From NCBI GenBank assembly GCA_964454905.1, contig CAYVTR010000002.1:6803-70802 (forward strand): a DNA stretch of 64,000 bases, read 5' to 3'. Source of the stretch: an uncultured Woeseia sp. GTDB taxonomy: Bacteria; Pseudomonadota; Gammaproteobacteria; Steroidobacterales; UBA11654. The notes beneath the pieces were generated by a model that worked only from the letters and a program-made list of their open reading frames with translations, searched no databases and was not told the origin of the DNA. Positions 45,919 to 55,887 of the stretch are shown in pieces (positions within the stretch are counted from its first letter, which is position 1; the number at the start of each line of letters is the position of its first letter). Position numbers and translations under genes: made by a program.

Positions 45919-46836
45919 ATGCGAAAAACATCAGACATAATTAAAGCGGTTGATACGATCTCAGTTGAGGCCAATGGGATTGAATTTGAAGTCGACACCC
46001 AGGGCGAGGGTGAGAGACTGGTGCTTTGCCTGCATGGCTGGCCCGAACATAGCATCACCTGGAGGTTTCAAATGCCCTACCTAGCGAGTTTGGGCTACCG
46101 AGTCTGGGCACCAAATCTACGAGGCTACGGAAATACCAATGCGCCCAAAGGAATGAAACATTATCAGTTAGAGATACTCATGGAGGATGTGGCAGCGCTC
46201 ATAAAGGCTTCGAATGCAAAAGAGGTAATAGTTCTAGCCCATGATTGGGGTGCTTTGATAGCATGGCATTTCGCCATGCGATATCCCGACGCCATCAATC
46301 GCCTAGTAATCTGTAATGTGCCTCATCCCGCTCCTTTTCTTAAGGCAATGACGAAGGGCTTTGAGCAACTGTTTCGATCCTGGTATGTTCTCTTCTTCCA
46401 GTTGCCTTGGTTGCCAGAAATGATATCGAGAAACATCTCGGCTGGAAGACTAATCAGAGGTGGCGCTGCTACTCGCAGGAATTATCCAGATGAAGTTGTG
46501 GCATTGTTCGATGAAAATGCATCCCGCCCTCAAAACCGAACTGCAATGATTAATTATTATCGTGCCTTACTACGCGGTGGCGGTCTTTACAGACAGTGGA
46601 AGCTTGGCTTCCCAAAGATCGAAGTGCCAACACTGATGCTTTGGGGTGAAAAGGATATTGCACTGTCGATGACTAGCACATTGGGCACAGAGGAGCATGT
46701 GGAAGATTTCAACATCCGTTATTTTAGGGGGATTTCGCACCATGTTCAGCAAGATGCTCCCGAAGAAGTTAATGCAATGCTTAATGCTTTTCTGGCAAAT
46801 GAAACAGTGCCAGAATACTTAGATATTAAGATCTAA
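45919..46836 (+). CDS. alpha/beta hydrolase, epoxide hydrolase/haloalkane dehalogenase-like
   Basis: Supporting motifs are LCLHGWPEHSITWR and the nucleophile elbow AHDWGALIAW. Confidence 0.75.
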   Translation: MRKTSDIIKAVDTISVEANGIEFEVDTQGEGERLVLCLHGWPEHSITWRFQMPYLASLGYRVWAPNLRGYGNTNAPKGMKHYQLEILMEDVAALIKASNAKEVIVLAHDWGALIAWHFAMRYPDAINRLVICNVPHPAPFLKAMTKGFEQLFRSWYVLFFQLPWLPEMISRNISAGRLIRGGAATRRNYPDEVVALFDENASRPQNRTAMINYYRALLRGGGLYRQWKLGFPKIEVPTLMLWGEKDIALSMTSTLGTEEHVEDFNIRYFRGISHHVQQDAPEEVNAMLNAFLANETVPEYLDIKI

Positions 46837-46909
46837 TTTACAATTTTTTAATAACATCTGATTTTTAATCAGAGTAATATTAGTTTTCATCAATGTTGTG
46901 GAGAAAGAC

Positions 46910-48073
46910 ATGCATATAAATTTGCCAGAAAATACTAAGCATTGGATAGCAATAGCTGAGAAGTTTCTGGAAACAACTCAACCCTGGGAGGTTGAAGCAG
47001 AGATGAATGAAGGAAAAGTTCCGGATGAAGTCGATCAAAAACACCGTCAAATGGCAATTGATTTGGGTCTATCCAGTATGGATATACCAAAAGATATTGG
47101 TGGACAACAATTAAGCAATTTAGAACAAGTGGCTGTATGGGAAGTTCTAGGAAGAAGTACTAATGCACTCACATGGTGCTTTTCAGAACCTCAAGCTTGG
47201 ATGTTGGAGGCGTGTAATCAACAGCAAATTGATAAGTACATTCTTCCTCTCATGGATGGAAGAAAACATGAGTGTTATGCGATCACAGAACCTGAATCAG
47301 GATCAGAATTGGATGTGGGCGCTACTGCAAAAAAAGTTGAAGGCGGATATATAGTCAATGGGGAAAAATGGTTTGTTACAGGTGCAAATCATGCAGACTT
47401 CTTTTTCATCCAGGCAGTTATTCAAGATGGGGAGGATAATATTGGCGATGCATTTTTCTTCTTGGACATGGATCAAGAAGGAATTGAGCATGTGAGAACA
47501 CCTCTTTTTTCTCATACTTTTGATAGTCATCATCCAATTTATAAATTCAATAATGTATTTATTCCAGAGGAGAACCTGATTGGCAATGAAGGAGATGGAA
47601 TGACCTTCTCATTAGCCTGGTTTAGAAGAGAGAGGTTAATGATTGCTGCAAGGTGCTGTGGAGCCGCAGCAAGATTAATCGAGGAAGCTACTGAATTTAG
47701 TAAAGATCGTAAAGTTAAGGGTGGCATGTTGGCTGAGCAACAGGCAATTCAATTTATGCTGGCAGACAGTGTGACAGAACTTTGGGCATCCAGATTGATG
47801 CTTTATGAAACTGCCAAAGCTCATGATCGTGGCGATGATATTAAAGCTCTACATTATCGATGTTCAGCGGTCAAATTATTCGCCTCTGAAATGGCCAATA
47901 AAGTGGCAGATCGAGTGGTACAAATTTTTGGCGGTAGAGGTTATATGAGAGAATTTACAGCTGAACGCTTCTATAGGGAACTAAGAGTTGACCGAATATG
48001 GGAAGGGACTTCTGAGATACAACGACTTATCATTGCCAGAGGTTTAATAAATAAGGGCCTGAAAAAGTTATAA
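46910..48073 (+). CDS. acyl-CoA dehydrogenase (~387 aa)
   Basis: Supporting blocks are YAITEPESGSE, GEKWFVTGA and the C-terminal GGRGYMREFTAERFYRELRVDRIWEGTSEIQ. A GGAG RBS lies 7 nt before the ATG at 46910. Confidence 0.85.
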   Translation: MHINLPENTKHWIAIAEKFLETTQPWEVEAEMNEGKVPDEVDQKHRQMAIDLGLSSMDIPKDIGGQQLSNLEQVAVWEVLGRSTNALTWCFSEPQAWMLEACNQQQIDKYILPLMDGRKHECYAITEPESGSELDVGATAKKVEGGYIVNGEKWFVTGANHADFFFIQAVIQDGEDNIGDAFFFLDMDQEGIEHVRTPLFSHTFDSHHPIYKFNNVFIPEENLIGNEGDGMTFSLAWFRRERLMIAARCCGAAARLIEEATEFSKDRKVKGGMLAEQQAIQFMLADSVTELWASRLMLYETAKAHDRGDDIKALHYRCSAVKLFASEMANKVADRVVQIFGGRGYMREFTAERFYRELRVDRIWEGTSEIQRLIIARGLINKGLKKL

Positions 48074-48102
48074 TTTAACCCTCTTTATCAGGAGTTAAAG
48101 TT

Positions 48103-49005
48103 TTGGATCAAAAACCATCTATTTTGGACTGGATTTATATTCTTGGACTATCGGCTGTTTGGGGAAGTGCCTTTGTTTTTATAAGAATCGCAGCTCCTGA
48201 ATTAGGCGCTGTTGGCTTGGTCTTCTTGAGGTTAATTATTGCTTCATTCCTTTTAGGTATTATTTTTCTTAAAAAGCATCATTGGTTTATTTTTAAGAAA
48301 AACTTATTGCCCATCATAGTTATTGGTGCAACTAATGTTGCTCTCCCTTTTTATTGTTTTTCTTATGCAGCGTTGCATATTAACGCAAGCTCTATGGCAG
48401 TCATTAATGGTAGCACTCCATTATTTGCTTTCCTCTTTTCAATGCTTATTTTAGGGTTCAAATTTAGAATCATACAATTTAGTGGGATAGTGATAGGCTT
48501 GGCTGGCTTAGTTATCTTTGTTGGGTTCGAATCACTAGATTTTAATCTATTGCCTATATTAGCTGCAACAATGGGCGCTGCTTTTTATGGCATCTCAATG
48601 GTTTATATCTATAAACTCAATATAGTTGATACAAAAGCAATGGCAGCTATCACGATGATCATAGCAACGGTTTTAATTAGCCCCTTTTTATACTTTGAGC
48701 CGCTTAACCTAGTGGGATTAAATACAAAAGCTCTCTTCAGTATTCTCTTTTTAGGGGTTTTTTGTACTGGTTTAGCTTATGTCCCCTACTTTATTTTAAT
48801 CAAGAATATTGGTCCTATTAGCACCTCAATTATCGCCATGTTAGTCCCACTCTTTGGTATGCTTTGGGCTTATCTTTTGCTAAAAGAAACAATAACATTG
48901 ACAATGCTGGGTGGTTGTTTGTTGATTATTATGGGCGTGCTTCTGACTAATTTAAGTGGGAATGAAAGCTCAAAAAATCTTAATAAGAATTTAGATAATC
49001 TATAA
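48103..49005 (+). CDS. DMT-superfamily (EamA-like) transporter
   Basis: It has ten hydrophobic segments in a two-EamA-repeat layout. The TTG start is preceded by an AGGAG RBS. Confidence 0.7.
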   Translation: MDQKPSILDWIYILGLSAVWGSAFVFIRIAAPELGAVGLVFLRLIIASFLLGIIFLKKHHWFIFKKNLLPIIVIGATNVALPFYCFSYAALHINASSMAVINGSTPLFAFLFSMLILGFKFRIIQFSGIVIGLAGLVIFVGFESLDFNLLPILAATMGAAFYGISMVYIYKLNIVDTKAMAAITMIIATVLISPFLYFEPLNLVGLNTKALFSILFLGVFCTGLAYVPYFILIKNIGPISTSIIAMLVPLFGMLWAYLLLKETITLTMLGGCLLIIMGVLLTNLSGNESSKNLNKNLDNL

Positions 49006-49019
49006 TCTTTATTCTAATA

Positions 49020-50114
49020 ATGATGAAAATTTTTAAACTAACATTTTTAATACTTCTGATTGCTCAGGCATCGCATTCTGAGGGGGTTGTTAGTTTCTAT
49101 AATTGGGCCGATTATATTGGCGAGAATACGATTGAAAACTTTGAAGAAGAATATGGAATTAAGGTCAATTATGATACTTATGACTCCTCTGAAATTGTCG
49201 AAGCAAAGCTTTTAAGCGGTAATTCTGGATATGATCTCGTTATGCATTCAGCCATGTACTCCAAAAGATTAATGCCAGTTGGAATTTTTCATAAGATAGA
49301 TAAATCAAAAATAAAAAATTTCGAATTAATCAACCCTGAGCTCTTGAAAATGCTGAGTGTGTTCGATCCTGACAACAAAATGATGATTCCTTACAGCTAC
49401 GGATCCACAGGTATTAGCTATAATGAGGATATGATTCTTGAAAGATACCCCGATGCTCCTATCGGTAGTGGGGCCATGCTGTTTGATCCTGAAGTAGTCT
49501 CTAAATTTGCAGACTGTGGAATTAGTGTTCTAGACTCGCCAACCGATGTGGTGCCAACGGCTCTTATGTACTTAGGTTATCCCGATGATTCAAGAGATCC
49601 AACAGCACTCAGAGAAGCAGAAGATTTATTACTAGGAATCAGACCCTATATTAAAAAATTTACCTCGTCGACAATGCTTAATGATTTGCCAAACGGAGAC
49701 TTATGTATGGCCCAAAGTTGGGCGGGAGACTATGCCACAGCTAAAATGAGATCTGAGGAAGCTGGAAAAGAAATTAACCTTAAATACTTCGTGCCCTCAG
49801 AAGGCAGTCTAATGTGGTTGGACATCATGGTCATCCCCAATGATGCACCAAACCTAGAAAATGCCTATTTATTAATGGATTACTTGACGAGACCAGAAGT
49901 TAGTGCGGATTTTGTCAATCTAACACACTATGCCAGTCCTCTTCCATCTGCTGATAAATTCCTTAAAGATGGTGTCAGGGAAGATCCTGCAATATATCCG
50001 ACGCCTGAGATCATGAACCGTTTATCACTTACCCCAGTAGATCCACCAAATTACAATAGAATGAAAACCAGAATATTTACCAGATTCAAAACCAATCAAA
50101 AAAGAAAGCAATAA
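49020..50114 (+). CDS. periplasmic polyamine (spermidine/putrescine) ABC substrate-binding protein, PotD/PotF family
   Basis: It has a signal peptide, FYNWADYIGENTIENFEEEYGIKVNYDTY and typical PotF-family blocks. Confidence 0.8.
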   Translation: MMKIFKLTFLILLIAQASHSEGVVSFYNWADYIGENTIENFEEEYGIKVNYDTYDSSEIVEAKLLSGNSGYDLVMHSAMYSKRLMPVGIFHKIDKSKIKNFELINPELLKMLSVFDPDNKMMIPYSYGSTGISYNEDMILERYPDAPIGSGAMLFDPEVVSKFADCGISVLDSPTDVVPTALMYLGYPDDSRDPTALREAEDLLLGIRPYIKKFTSSTMLNDLPNGDLCMAQSWAGDYATAKMRSEEAGKEINLKYFVPSEGSLMWLDIMVIPNDAPNLENAYLLMDYLTRPEVSADFVNLTHYASPLPSADKFLKDGVREDPAIYPTPEIMNRLSLTPVDPPNYNRMKTRIFTRFKTNQKRKQ

Positions 50115-50126
50115 ACGAGAAAAAAT

Positions 50127-51227
50127 ATGAGTGAAAATCCACAGGCATTTATTCAAATAAGGGAAATTAGTAAGCATTTTGGTGATGTCATTGCTGTCAA
50201 CAAAGTAGATCTCGACATTAAGAAAGGAGAGCTCTTCTCAATTCTTGGTGCCTCTGGTTCCGGTAAAACCACATTATTAAGAATGATGGCAGGACTCGAA
50301 ATCCCAACTGAGGGTAAAATTTTTATTGACGGAATCGACATGACCAATGTCCCACCCTATAAACGTCCTGTGAATATAATGTTTCAAAGCTATGCTCTGT
50401 TTCCTCACATGACAGTTTTTGACAATATAGCCTACGGACTAAGAAAAGAGGGTATAACCAAGGTAAAGATTGATGACAAAGTCAGGAAAATGCTCGCCCT
50501 GGTAAAACTCTCTGATTATGGGAAAAGAAAACCTAATCAATTATCAGGGGGTCAATCTCAACGAGTGGCGCTTGCAAGATCACTAATTAAGGAACCAAAG
50601 GTACTGCTTCTTGATGAACCCCTAGCTGCTTTGGATAAAAAATTGAGACAAAGCACTCAATTTGAACTTATGGACATACAAGAAGAACTCGGCGTCACTT
50701 TTGTGATCGTCACCCATGATCAAGAAGAAGCCATGACTCTCTCAGACCGAATAGCAGTAATGGAGGAAGGTGAATTCGTACAGATTGGAACGCCAAATTC
50801 AATCTACGAGCATCCTAACAGTAAATTTGTTGCGGACTTTATCGGAAACATCAACATGTTTGATGCCAAGGTTATCAGTTCTGGTGAGCAAGGATTGAAT
50901 ATAACCTGTAAAGCACTGGGCGGTAATATTGTCATAAAAAATTCCAGTCAAACTATTCATGCAACAGATCTTTCAGTTGCGCTAAGACCTGAGAAGGTAA
51001 TCATTGAAAAGCAACAACCAAGTAATGAAAATATAGATTATGTGTCTGGGGTTGTCGAAGATTTTGGATATTTTGGAAATCTTTCAATCTTTCGAGTGAG
51101 GACCACCAACGGAGACATCATCCAAGTCAGTAAACAAAACAGAGTCAGGATAGAGGATACAATCACATGGGAAGATCAGGTCTATCTATCTTGGGAGCCA
51201 GAAAGTCTAATTGTATTGGATAAATAG
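50127..51227 (+). CDS. polyamine ABC transporter ATP-binding protein, PotA/PotG family
   Basis: It has Walker A (GASGSGKTT), LSGGQSQR, Walker B (LLLDEPL) and a C-terminal TOBE-like domain. Confidence 0.85.
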   Translation: MSENPQAFIQIREISKHFGDVIAVNKVDLDIKKGELFSILGASGSGKTTLLRMMAGLEIPTEGKIFIDGIDMTNVPPYKRPVNIMFQSYALFPHMTVFDNIAYGLRKEGITKVKIDDKVRKMLALVKLSDYGKRKPNQLSGGQSQRVALARSLIKEPKVLLLDEPLAALDKKLRQSTQFELMDIQEELGVTFVIVTHDQEEAMTLSDRIAVMEEGEFVQIGTPNSIYEHPNSKFVADFIGNINMFDAKVISSGEQGLNITCKALGGNIVIKNSSQTIHATDLSVALRPEKVIIEKQQPSNENIDYVSGVVEDFGYFGNLSIFRVRTTNGDIIQVSKQNRVRIEDTITWEDQVYLSWEPESLIVLDK

Positions 51228-52150
51228 TGTCTGGATTACTGATAAATGTAGATAATTCATTCAGAGAAAGGCTCTGGAAAAATCTTATTATTGCCATACC
51301 GTATTTTTGGCTTCTGTTGTTCTTCTTGGCGCCCTTCCTTATTGTTCTAAAAATTAGCCTAGCTGACCCAATCGTTGCACAACCGCCATTTACTCCTTTG
51401 CTTCAGGAGAGTGATGACGGGGTTATGTCGATCTACGCCACCTTCAATAATTACAAGTACCTCTTTCAAGACTCTCTCTATTTTGTGACTTATCTTAGTT
51501 CAGTCAAATTAGCGTTTATTTCTACTGTTCTTGCACTACTGATTGGTTACCCGATTGCATATGGCATTGCCAGATCACCACAACCCACTAGAAATGTCCT
51601 ACTCTTACTAGTGGTTATCCCTTTTTGGATTTCATTTCTTCTCAGAGTTTATGCCTGGATGGGTATATTGAAAACAAAAGGGTTACTGAACGGATTTTTA
51701 CTCTGGACAGGGATCATTAATGAACCCTTGGAACTTCTCTACACAGATACGGCTGTCTACATTGGTATGATTTATTCATATTTGCCATTCATGATTCTTC
51801 CACTTTATGCAAACCTTGAAAAATTGGATATAAGATTGCTTGAAGCAGCATCAGATTTGGGAGCCAAAAGATGGGAGGTATTCAAAGATGTCACGCTTCC
51901 TCTTTCAATGCCTGGAATCATTGCAGGATGCTGTTTGATGTTCATACCCGCCATTGGTGAATATGTTATTCCAGCCTTGTTAGGTGGTGCTGATACATTA
52001 ATGATTGGTAGAGTGTTGTTTGATGAGTTCTTCTTAAACAGAGACTGGCCGGTAGCTTCAGCTGTGGCAATTGTTCTGGTGCTTTTGTTGGTGTTACCAA
52101 TAGTCTATTTTCAAAAAAGACAAAATCAGGAACTTTTGAGCGAATCATGA
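51227..52150 (+). CDS. polyamine ABC transporter permease, PotB/PotH family
   Basis: It has a six-TM layout and the EAA loop LEAASDLGAKRWEVFKDVTLP. The GTG start abuts the upstream stop. Confidence 0.8.
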   Translation: MSGLLINVDNSFRERLWKNLIIAIPYFWLLLFFLAPFLIVLKISLADPIVAQPPFTPLLQESDDGVMSIYATFNNYKYLFQDSLYFVTYLSSVKLAFISTVLALLIGYPIAYGIARSPQPTRNVLLLLVVIPFWISFLLRVYAWMGILKTKGLLNGFLLWTGIINEPLELLYTDTAVYIGMIYSYLPFMILPLYANLEKLDIRLLEAASDLGAKRWEVFKDVTLPLSMPGIIAGCCLMFIPAIGEYVIPALLGGADTLMIGRVLFDEFFLNRDWPVASAVAIVLVLLLVLPIVYFQKRQNQELLSES

Positions 52151-52959
52151 ACCAAAGATCCACATTCATATTCTCCATGCTATGTTTTGGCTTTGCGTTC
52201 CTCTATATTCCAATTGTTTTAGTCATCATCTACTCATTTAATGATTCAAAACTAGTTACTGTTTGGGGTGGCTGGTCGATGAAGTGGTATATGGAATTGT
52301 TTAATAATGAAAATATTCTTAACGCTGCCCTATTAAGCTTTAAAATCGCAGCAATCACAGCAACCTGTGCAACTATTTTTGGGACAATGGCGGGCTTGGT
52401 ATTAGCAAGATTAAGGCAATTTAGAGGACGCATGCTCTTCACTGGAATGATTGCTTCTCCGTTGGTGATGCCAGAAGTAATAACCGGTTTGTGCTTATTG
52501 CTTCTTTTTGTCAATCTTCAAAATCTTATTGGCTGGCCTAGTCAAAGAGGCATGAACACAATCACGATTGCACACATTACCTTCTCCATGGCTTATGTCG
52601 CCGTGATTATCCAGTCTCGATTAACAGAAATTAATGAATCACTAGAAGAAGCTGCAATGGATCTTGGAGCAAGGCCAGCTAGAGTAATATGGGATATTAC
52701 CCTACCGATTATCTTCCCCGCTATGGTTTCAGGATGGTTGCTCGCATTTACTCTTTCTCTTGATGACTTAGTGATCTCAAGCTTTGTATCTGGACCCGGA
52801 GCCACGACCTTGCCGATGCTCATTTTTTCTAAAGTTAGATTAGGAGTCTCGCCCGATATCAATGCATTAGCTACTATATTAATCCTCGTGGTTGCTTTAG
52901 GGGTTAGTGTTGCTGGATGGATAATTCATCGTCAAAAACAATCTAAACCTATATCCTAA
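52147..52959 (+). CDS. polyamine ABC transporter permease, PotC/PotI family
   Basis: The EAA loop is EEAAMDLGARPARVIWDITLP. It is ATGA-coupled to the upstream gene. Confidence 0.8.
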   Translation: MNQRSTFIFSMLCFGFAFLYIPIVLVIIYSFNDSKLVTVWGGWSMKWYMELFNNENILNAALLSFKIAAITATCATIFGTMAGLVLARLRQFRGRMLFTGMIASPLVMPEVITGLCLLLLFVNLQNLIGWPSQRGMNTITIAHITFSMAYVAVIIQSRLTEINESLEEAAMDLGARPARVIWDITLPIIFPAMVSGWLLAFTLSLDDLVISSFVSGPGATTLPMLIFSKVRLGVSPDINALATILILVVALGVSVAGWIIHRQKQSKPIS

Positions 52960-52981
52960 GCGCTCTTAATTTAATTTTATT

Positions 52982-54991
52982 ATGGCTAAAGACGATATTT
53001 CAGCATTAAAAGCCTCCTTTGAGAGAGCTAAAGCATTTCTCAATGCAGGTGATGCCAAAATGGCTGAAAAAATTTGTCGATCTTCATTGAATGAAATTTC
53101 AAGTGGTGACCCAAACCTGCAAGTGTTACTTTGTGTTTCCCTTATCCGTCAAGGGCGTTCCGGGTCAGCAGTGAAAAGATTAAAACATGCCCTAAGAATG
53201 TTCCCAGATTTTCCACAAGCACACGAGGAACTCGGCAATGCTTTATTAGCCCAGAATAAACCAGAAAAGGCTATTGACTCTTTTAGAAAAGCCATAGAAT
53301 TAAATCCAGAAAACCCAAATGCCCTTATAAAGTTAGGAAAAATATACTCAGCTCTTGGCAGAAAAGAAGAAGCTGAAGAATCCTATAAATCAGCTTTGGC
53401 TCTAGATCCAATTCAGGAACAACTGGCCACTGCCACTCAATTGTTTTCCAGAGGTGAAGTTGAGAAAGCAGAACAACTATGTAGAGAGGCATTGAAGAAA
53501 AAACCTGACGATGTTAACGGACTTCGTCTACTTGCATCAATTGCTTCAAAGATGGAACAAAAAGAAGATGCAATTGTTCTTCTTGAAAGAGCTGTGGAAC
53601 TAAAACCCAAATTTGCAGGGGCTTGGGCTGATTTAGCTGAATCATATTCTGAAATAGAGAACTATGGAAAAGCATTAGATGCCGTTCAACGAGTTATTCA
53701 ATTACAACCAGAGTTGCCGTTTGGCTTTATGATTCGAGGAAGCATTCTAGGGAAAATGAGTGATCATGATGGAGCTTTGCAATCATACAAAGATGCTTTG
53801 GATATTGAACCAGATCATATGGGCAGTAACATGGGTCTTGGTAATGTATTAAAAACTGTTGGTAGATATGATGAGTCTGTCACTGCGTATAAAAAATGTA
53901 TTGAAATCCAACCCTTATTTGCAGAAGCCTACTGGAGCTTAGCTAACCTTAAAACATATAACTTTGATGATTCTGAAATTCTAGAAATGGAAAAGTATGT
54001 AACAAATGACGTGATGCCAATCAGCAATAAAGCCTTTTTCCATATTGCTCTTGCTAATGCTAAAGAAAAACAAAAAAAGTATGAAGAAGCATGGGAGCAT
54101 TTTGAAACAGGGAATAACTTTAGAAGGCAAGAAGAAGTTTATGATTCTGTGCAAACTCAAGTAACACATGATCAACTGATTGAAGTATTTAATGAAGAGC
54201 TTGTTCAGTCTACAAAAGGTAAAGGATGTCAAAGTGATTCGCCAATTTTGATTGTTGGACTTCCCAGGTCTGGCTCTACATTGATTGAACAAATTTTGGC
54301 AAGCCACTCGAAAGTTGAAGGAACAAAAGAATTGCCTGATCTATCTTTACTTGCTAGAAAATTAACTCAATCAAGACCTCAAGGTGTCAAATATCCTTAT
54401 GCAGTCAAGGACATGTCAGATAATGAGTTAAGTGAATTTGGTGAGGATTATTTAACCACTACTAAGAGATACAGAACCAACAAACCATATTTCATTGATA
54501 AAATGCCAAATAATTTTGCAAACATCGGCTTTCTAAAGATGATATTACCTAATGCTAAAGTTATTAATGCTCAACGTAACCCTCTGGATAGTTGCATCAG
54601 CTCCTATAAACAACTCTTCTATAAGGGTCAATCATGGAGCTATGATCTTTTTGAGATTGCAGAATATTATCTTGAATACCAAAGAATTATGGATCATTGG
54701 CATACTATATTTCCTGGAGAGATTCTTGATTTAAAATATGAAGCTCTAATTAATGATCAGAAATCAGAAACAGAGAGACTACTAAAATATTGTGGATTAG
54801 ATTGGGAAGAAGCATGTTTGAAATTCTATGAAACCAAACGATCCATCAATACAGCAAGCTCAGAACAAGTCAGGAAGCCTCTTTATAAAGGAGCAATGTA
54901 TGCTTGGAAAAATTATGAAAGCCATATTGGAACTTTAATATCTACACTTCAACCCATAATTGACGGATTAGATAAAGAAAATCAGAACTAA
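52982..54991 (+). CDS. TPR-repeat protein fused to a C-terminal sulfotransferase domain
   Basis: The N-terminal ~330 aa are TPR-like repeats. The C-terminal domain has the PAPS-binding P-loop (LIVGLPRSGSTLIEQILASH) and a downstream RNPLDS block. Confidence 0.75.
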   Translation: MAKDDISALKASFERAKAFLNAGDAKMAEKICRSSLNEISSGDPNLQVLLCVSLIRQGRSGSAVKRLKHALRMFPDFPQAHEELGNALLAQNKPEKAIDSFRKAIELNPENPNALIKLGKIYSALGRKEEAEESYKSALALDPIQEQLATATQLFSRGEVEKAEQLCREALKKKPDDVNGLRLLASIASKMEQKEDAIVLLERAVELKPKFAGAWADLAESYSEIENYGKALDAVQRVIQLQPELPFGFMIRGSILGKMSDHDGALQSYKDALDIEPDHMGSNMGLGNVLKTVGRYDESVTAYKKCIEIQPLFAEAYWSLANLKTYNFDDSEILEMEKYVTNDVMPISNKAFFHIALANAKEKQKKYEEAWEHFETGNNFRRQEEVYDSVQTQVTHDQLIEVFNEELVQSTKGKGCQSDSPILIVGLPRSGSTLIEQILASHSKVEGTKELPDLSLLARKLTQSRPQGVKYPYAVKDMSDNELSEFGEDYLTTTKRYRTNKPYFIDKMPNNFANIGFLKMILPNAKVINAQRNPLDSCISSYKQLFYKGQSWSYDLFEIAEYYLEYQRIMDHWHTIFPGEILDLKYEALINDQKSETERLLKYCGLDWEEACLKFYETKRSINTASSEQVRKPLYKGAMYAWKNYESHIGTLISTLQPIIDGLDKENQN

Positions 54992-54993
54992 CT

Positions 54994-55560
54994 TTAACTC
55001 AATGATTTTGCTTTAGCTTTTATAGCTGGAGGCATGTAGTCGAAAATAAAAGTAATTCTATCCTCATCGCCTCGATTCATAACACTGTGGGTGGACTGGT
55101 TGTTAACTTCATAAGCCTTACCAACCTTTAGATGAAATGGTCGACCAGCTATTGTAAATCTGACATGATCATTAGTTGTTATTGGAATATGTATACGGTG
55201 TGCAACATGAAAGGAAGGATGTTTATCTGTGTGTGGAGTAATCCTCTCACCAGCAAATAACTTGGCAGCCATAGCTCGAATAATCATGCCTCCTGGCTTA
55301 TAATGTTTATTAATAATCTGATCCATTAGTGGCACAGCAATATCTGCAAGATAATCCCAAGCGACCTCTTTTGAAACAGTCATCTCAGGCCAACCATCGC
55401 AAAAAACCAGCACCAAAGAACTGGTTTTTTTATGCACATCAAACATCTCCTGACGACTTATGTTTTCATTCCAAGTCTTATCATCAAGAGATAAGATTCT
55501 ATCTCTTAAAGGCATATAATCTATATCACCAAGTTCCTTTAATGGTTCATCTATGTTCAC
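54994..55560 (-). CDS. aspartyl/asparaginyl beta-hydroxylase-family (cupin) Fe(II)/2-oxoglutarate oxygenase
   Basis: ITPHTDKHPSFHVAHRIHIPITTN...NNQSTHSVMNRG is typical of the Asp_Arg_Hydrox family. Confidence 0.7.
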   Translation of the reverse strand: MNIDEPLKELGDIDYMPLRDRILSLDDKTWNENISRQEMFDVHKKTSSLVLVFCDGWPEMTVSKEVAWDYLADIAVPLMDQIINKHYKPGGMIIRAMAAKLFAGERITPHTDKHPSFHVAHRIHIPITTNDHVRFTIAGRPFHLKVGKAYEVNNQSTHSVMNRGDEDRITFIFDYMPPAIKAKAKSLS

Positions 55561-55887
55561 AATTCACACCTAAAGCAATTATTTATAAGAAGTTTACTTA
55601 AAGATTTAACCTCTGTAAAAAAGAAACATTTATTTATTGCAACATTAATCAGAATAAAACCAATATTTATTAGCCATTAGTAACAACTTAAACAACTACC
55701 AGATCTCAATATGTTGTTATATTGCAACAAAGAATACATTTGAGCTTAGAAATAACAAAAAAAGACTGTGGATTAATGCTTGTATTATGCTTATTATCAT
55801 ATAGTATCTTTATGGAATATGCCTTTGGCTATGGCTATGGGCGCGCCATATTTAATATAGAAATTTTTTAAACTAGGGAAAAAAATT

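Noticed and set aside
55561-55887. A cobalamin riboswitch upstream of the TonB-dependent receptor (BtuB-like arrangement), which would be attractive given the corrinoid island.
   Set aside because: I could not find a B12-box-like GCCACTG core or the expected GC-rich multi-stem leader. The receptor context (UbiD, Rieske) does not suggest B12 uptake. An Rfam scan would settle it.
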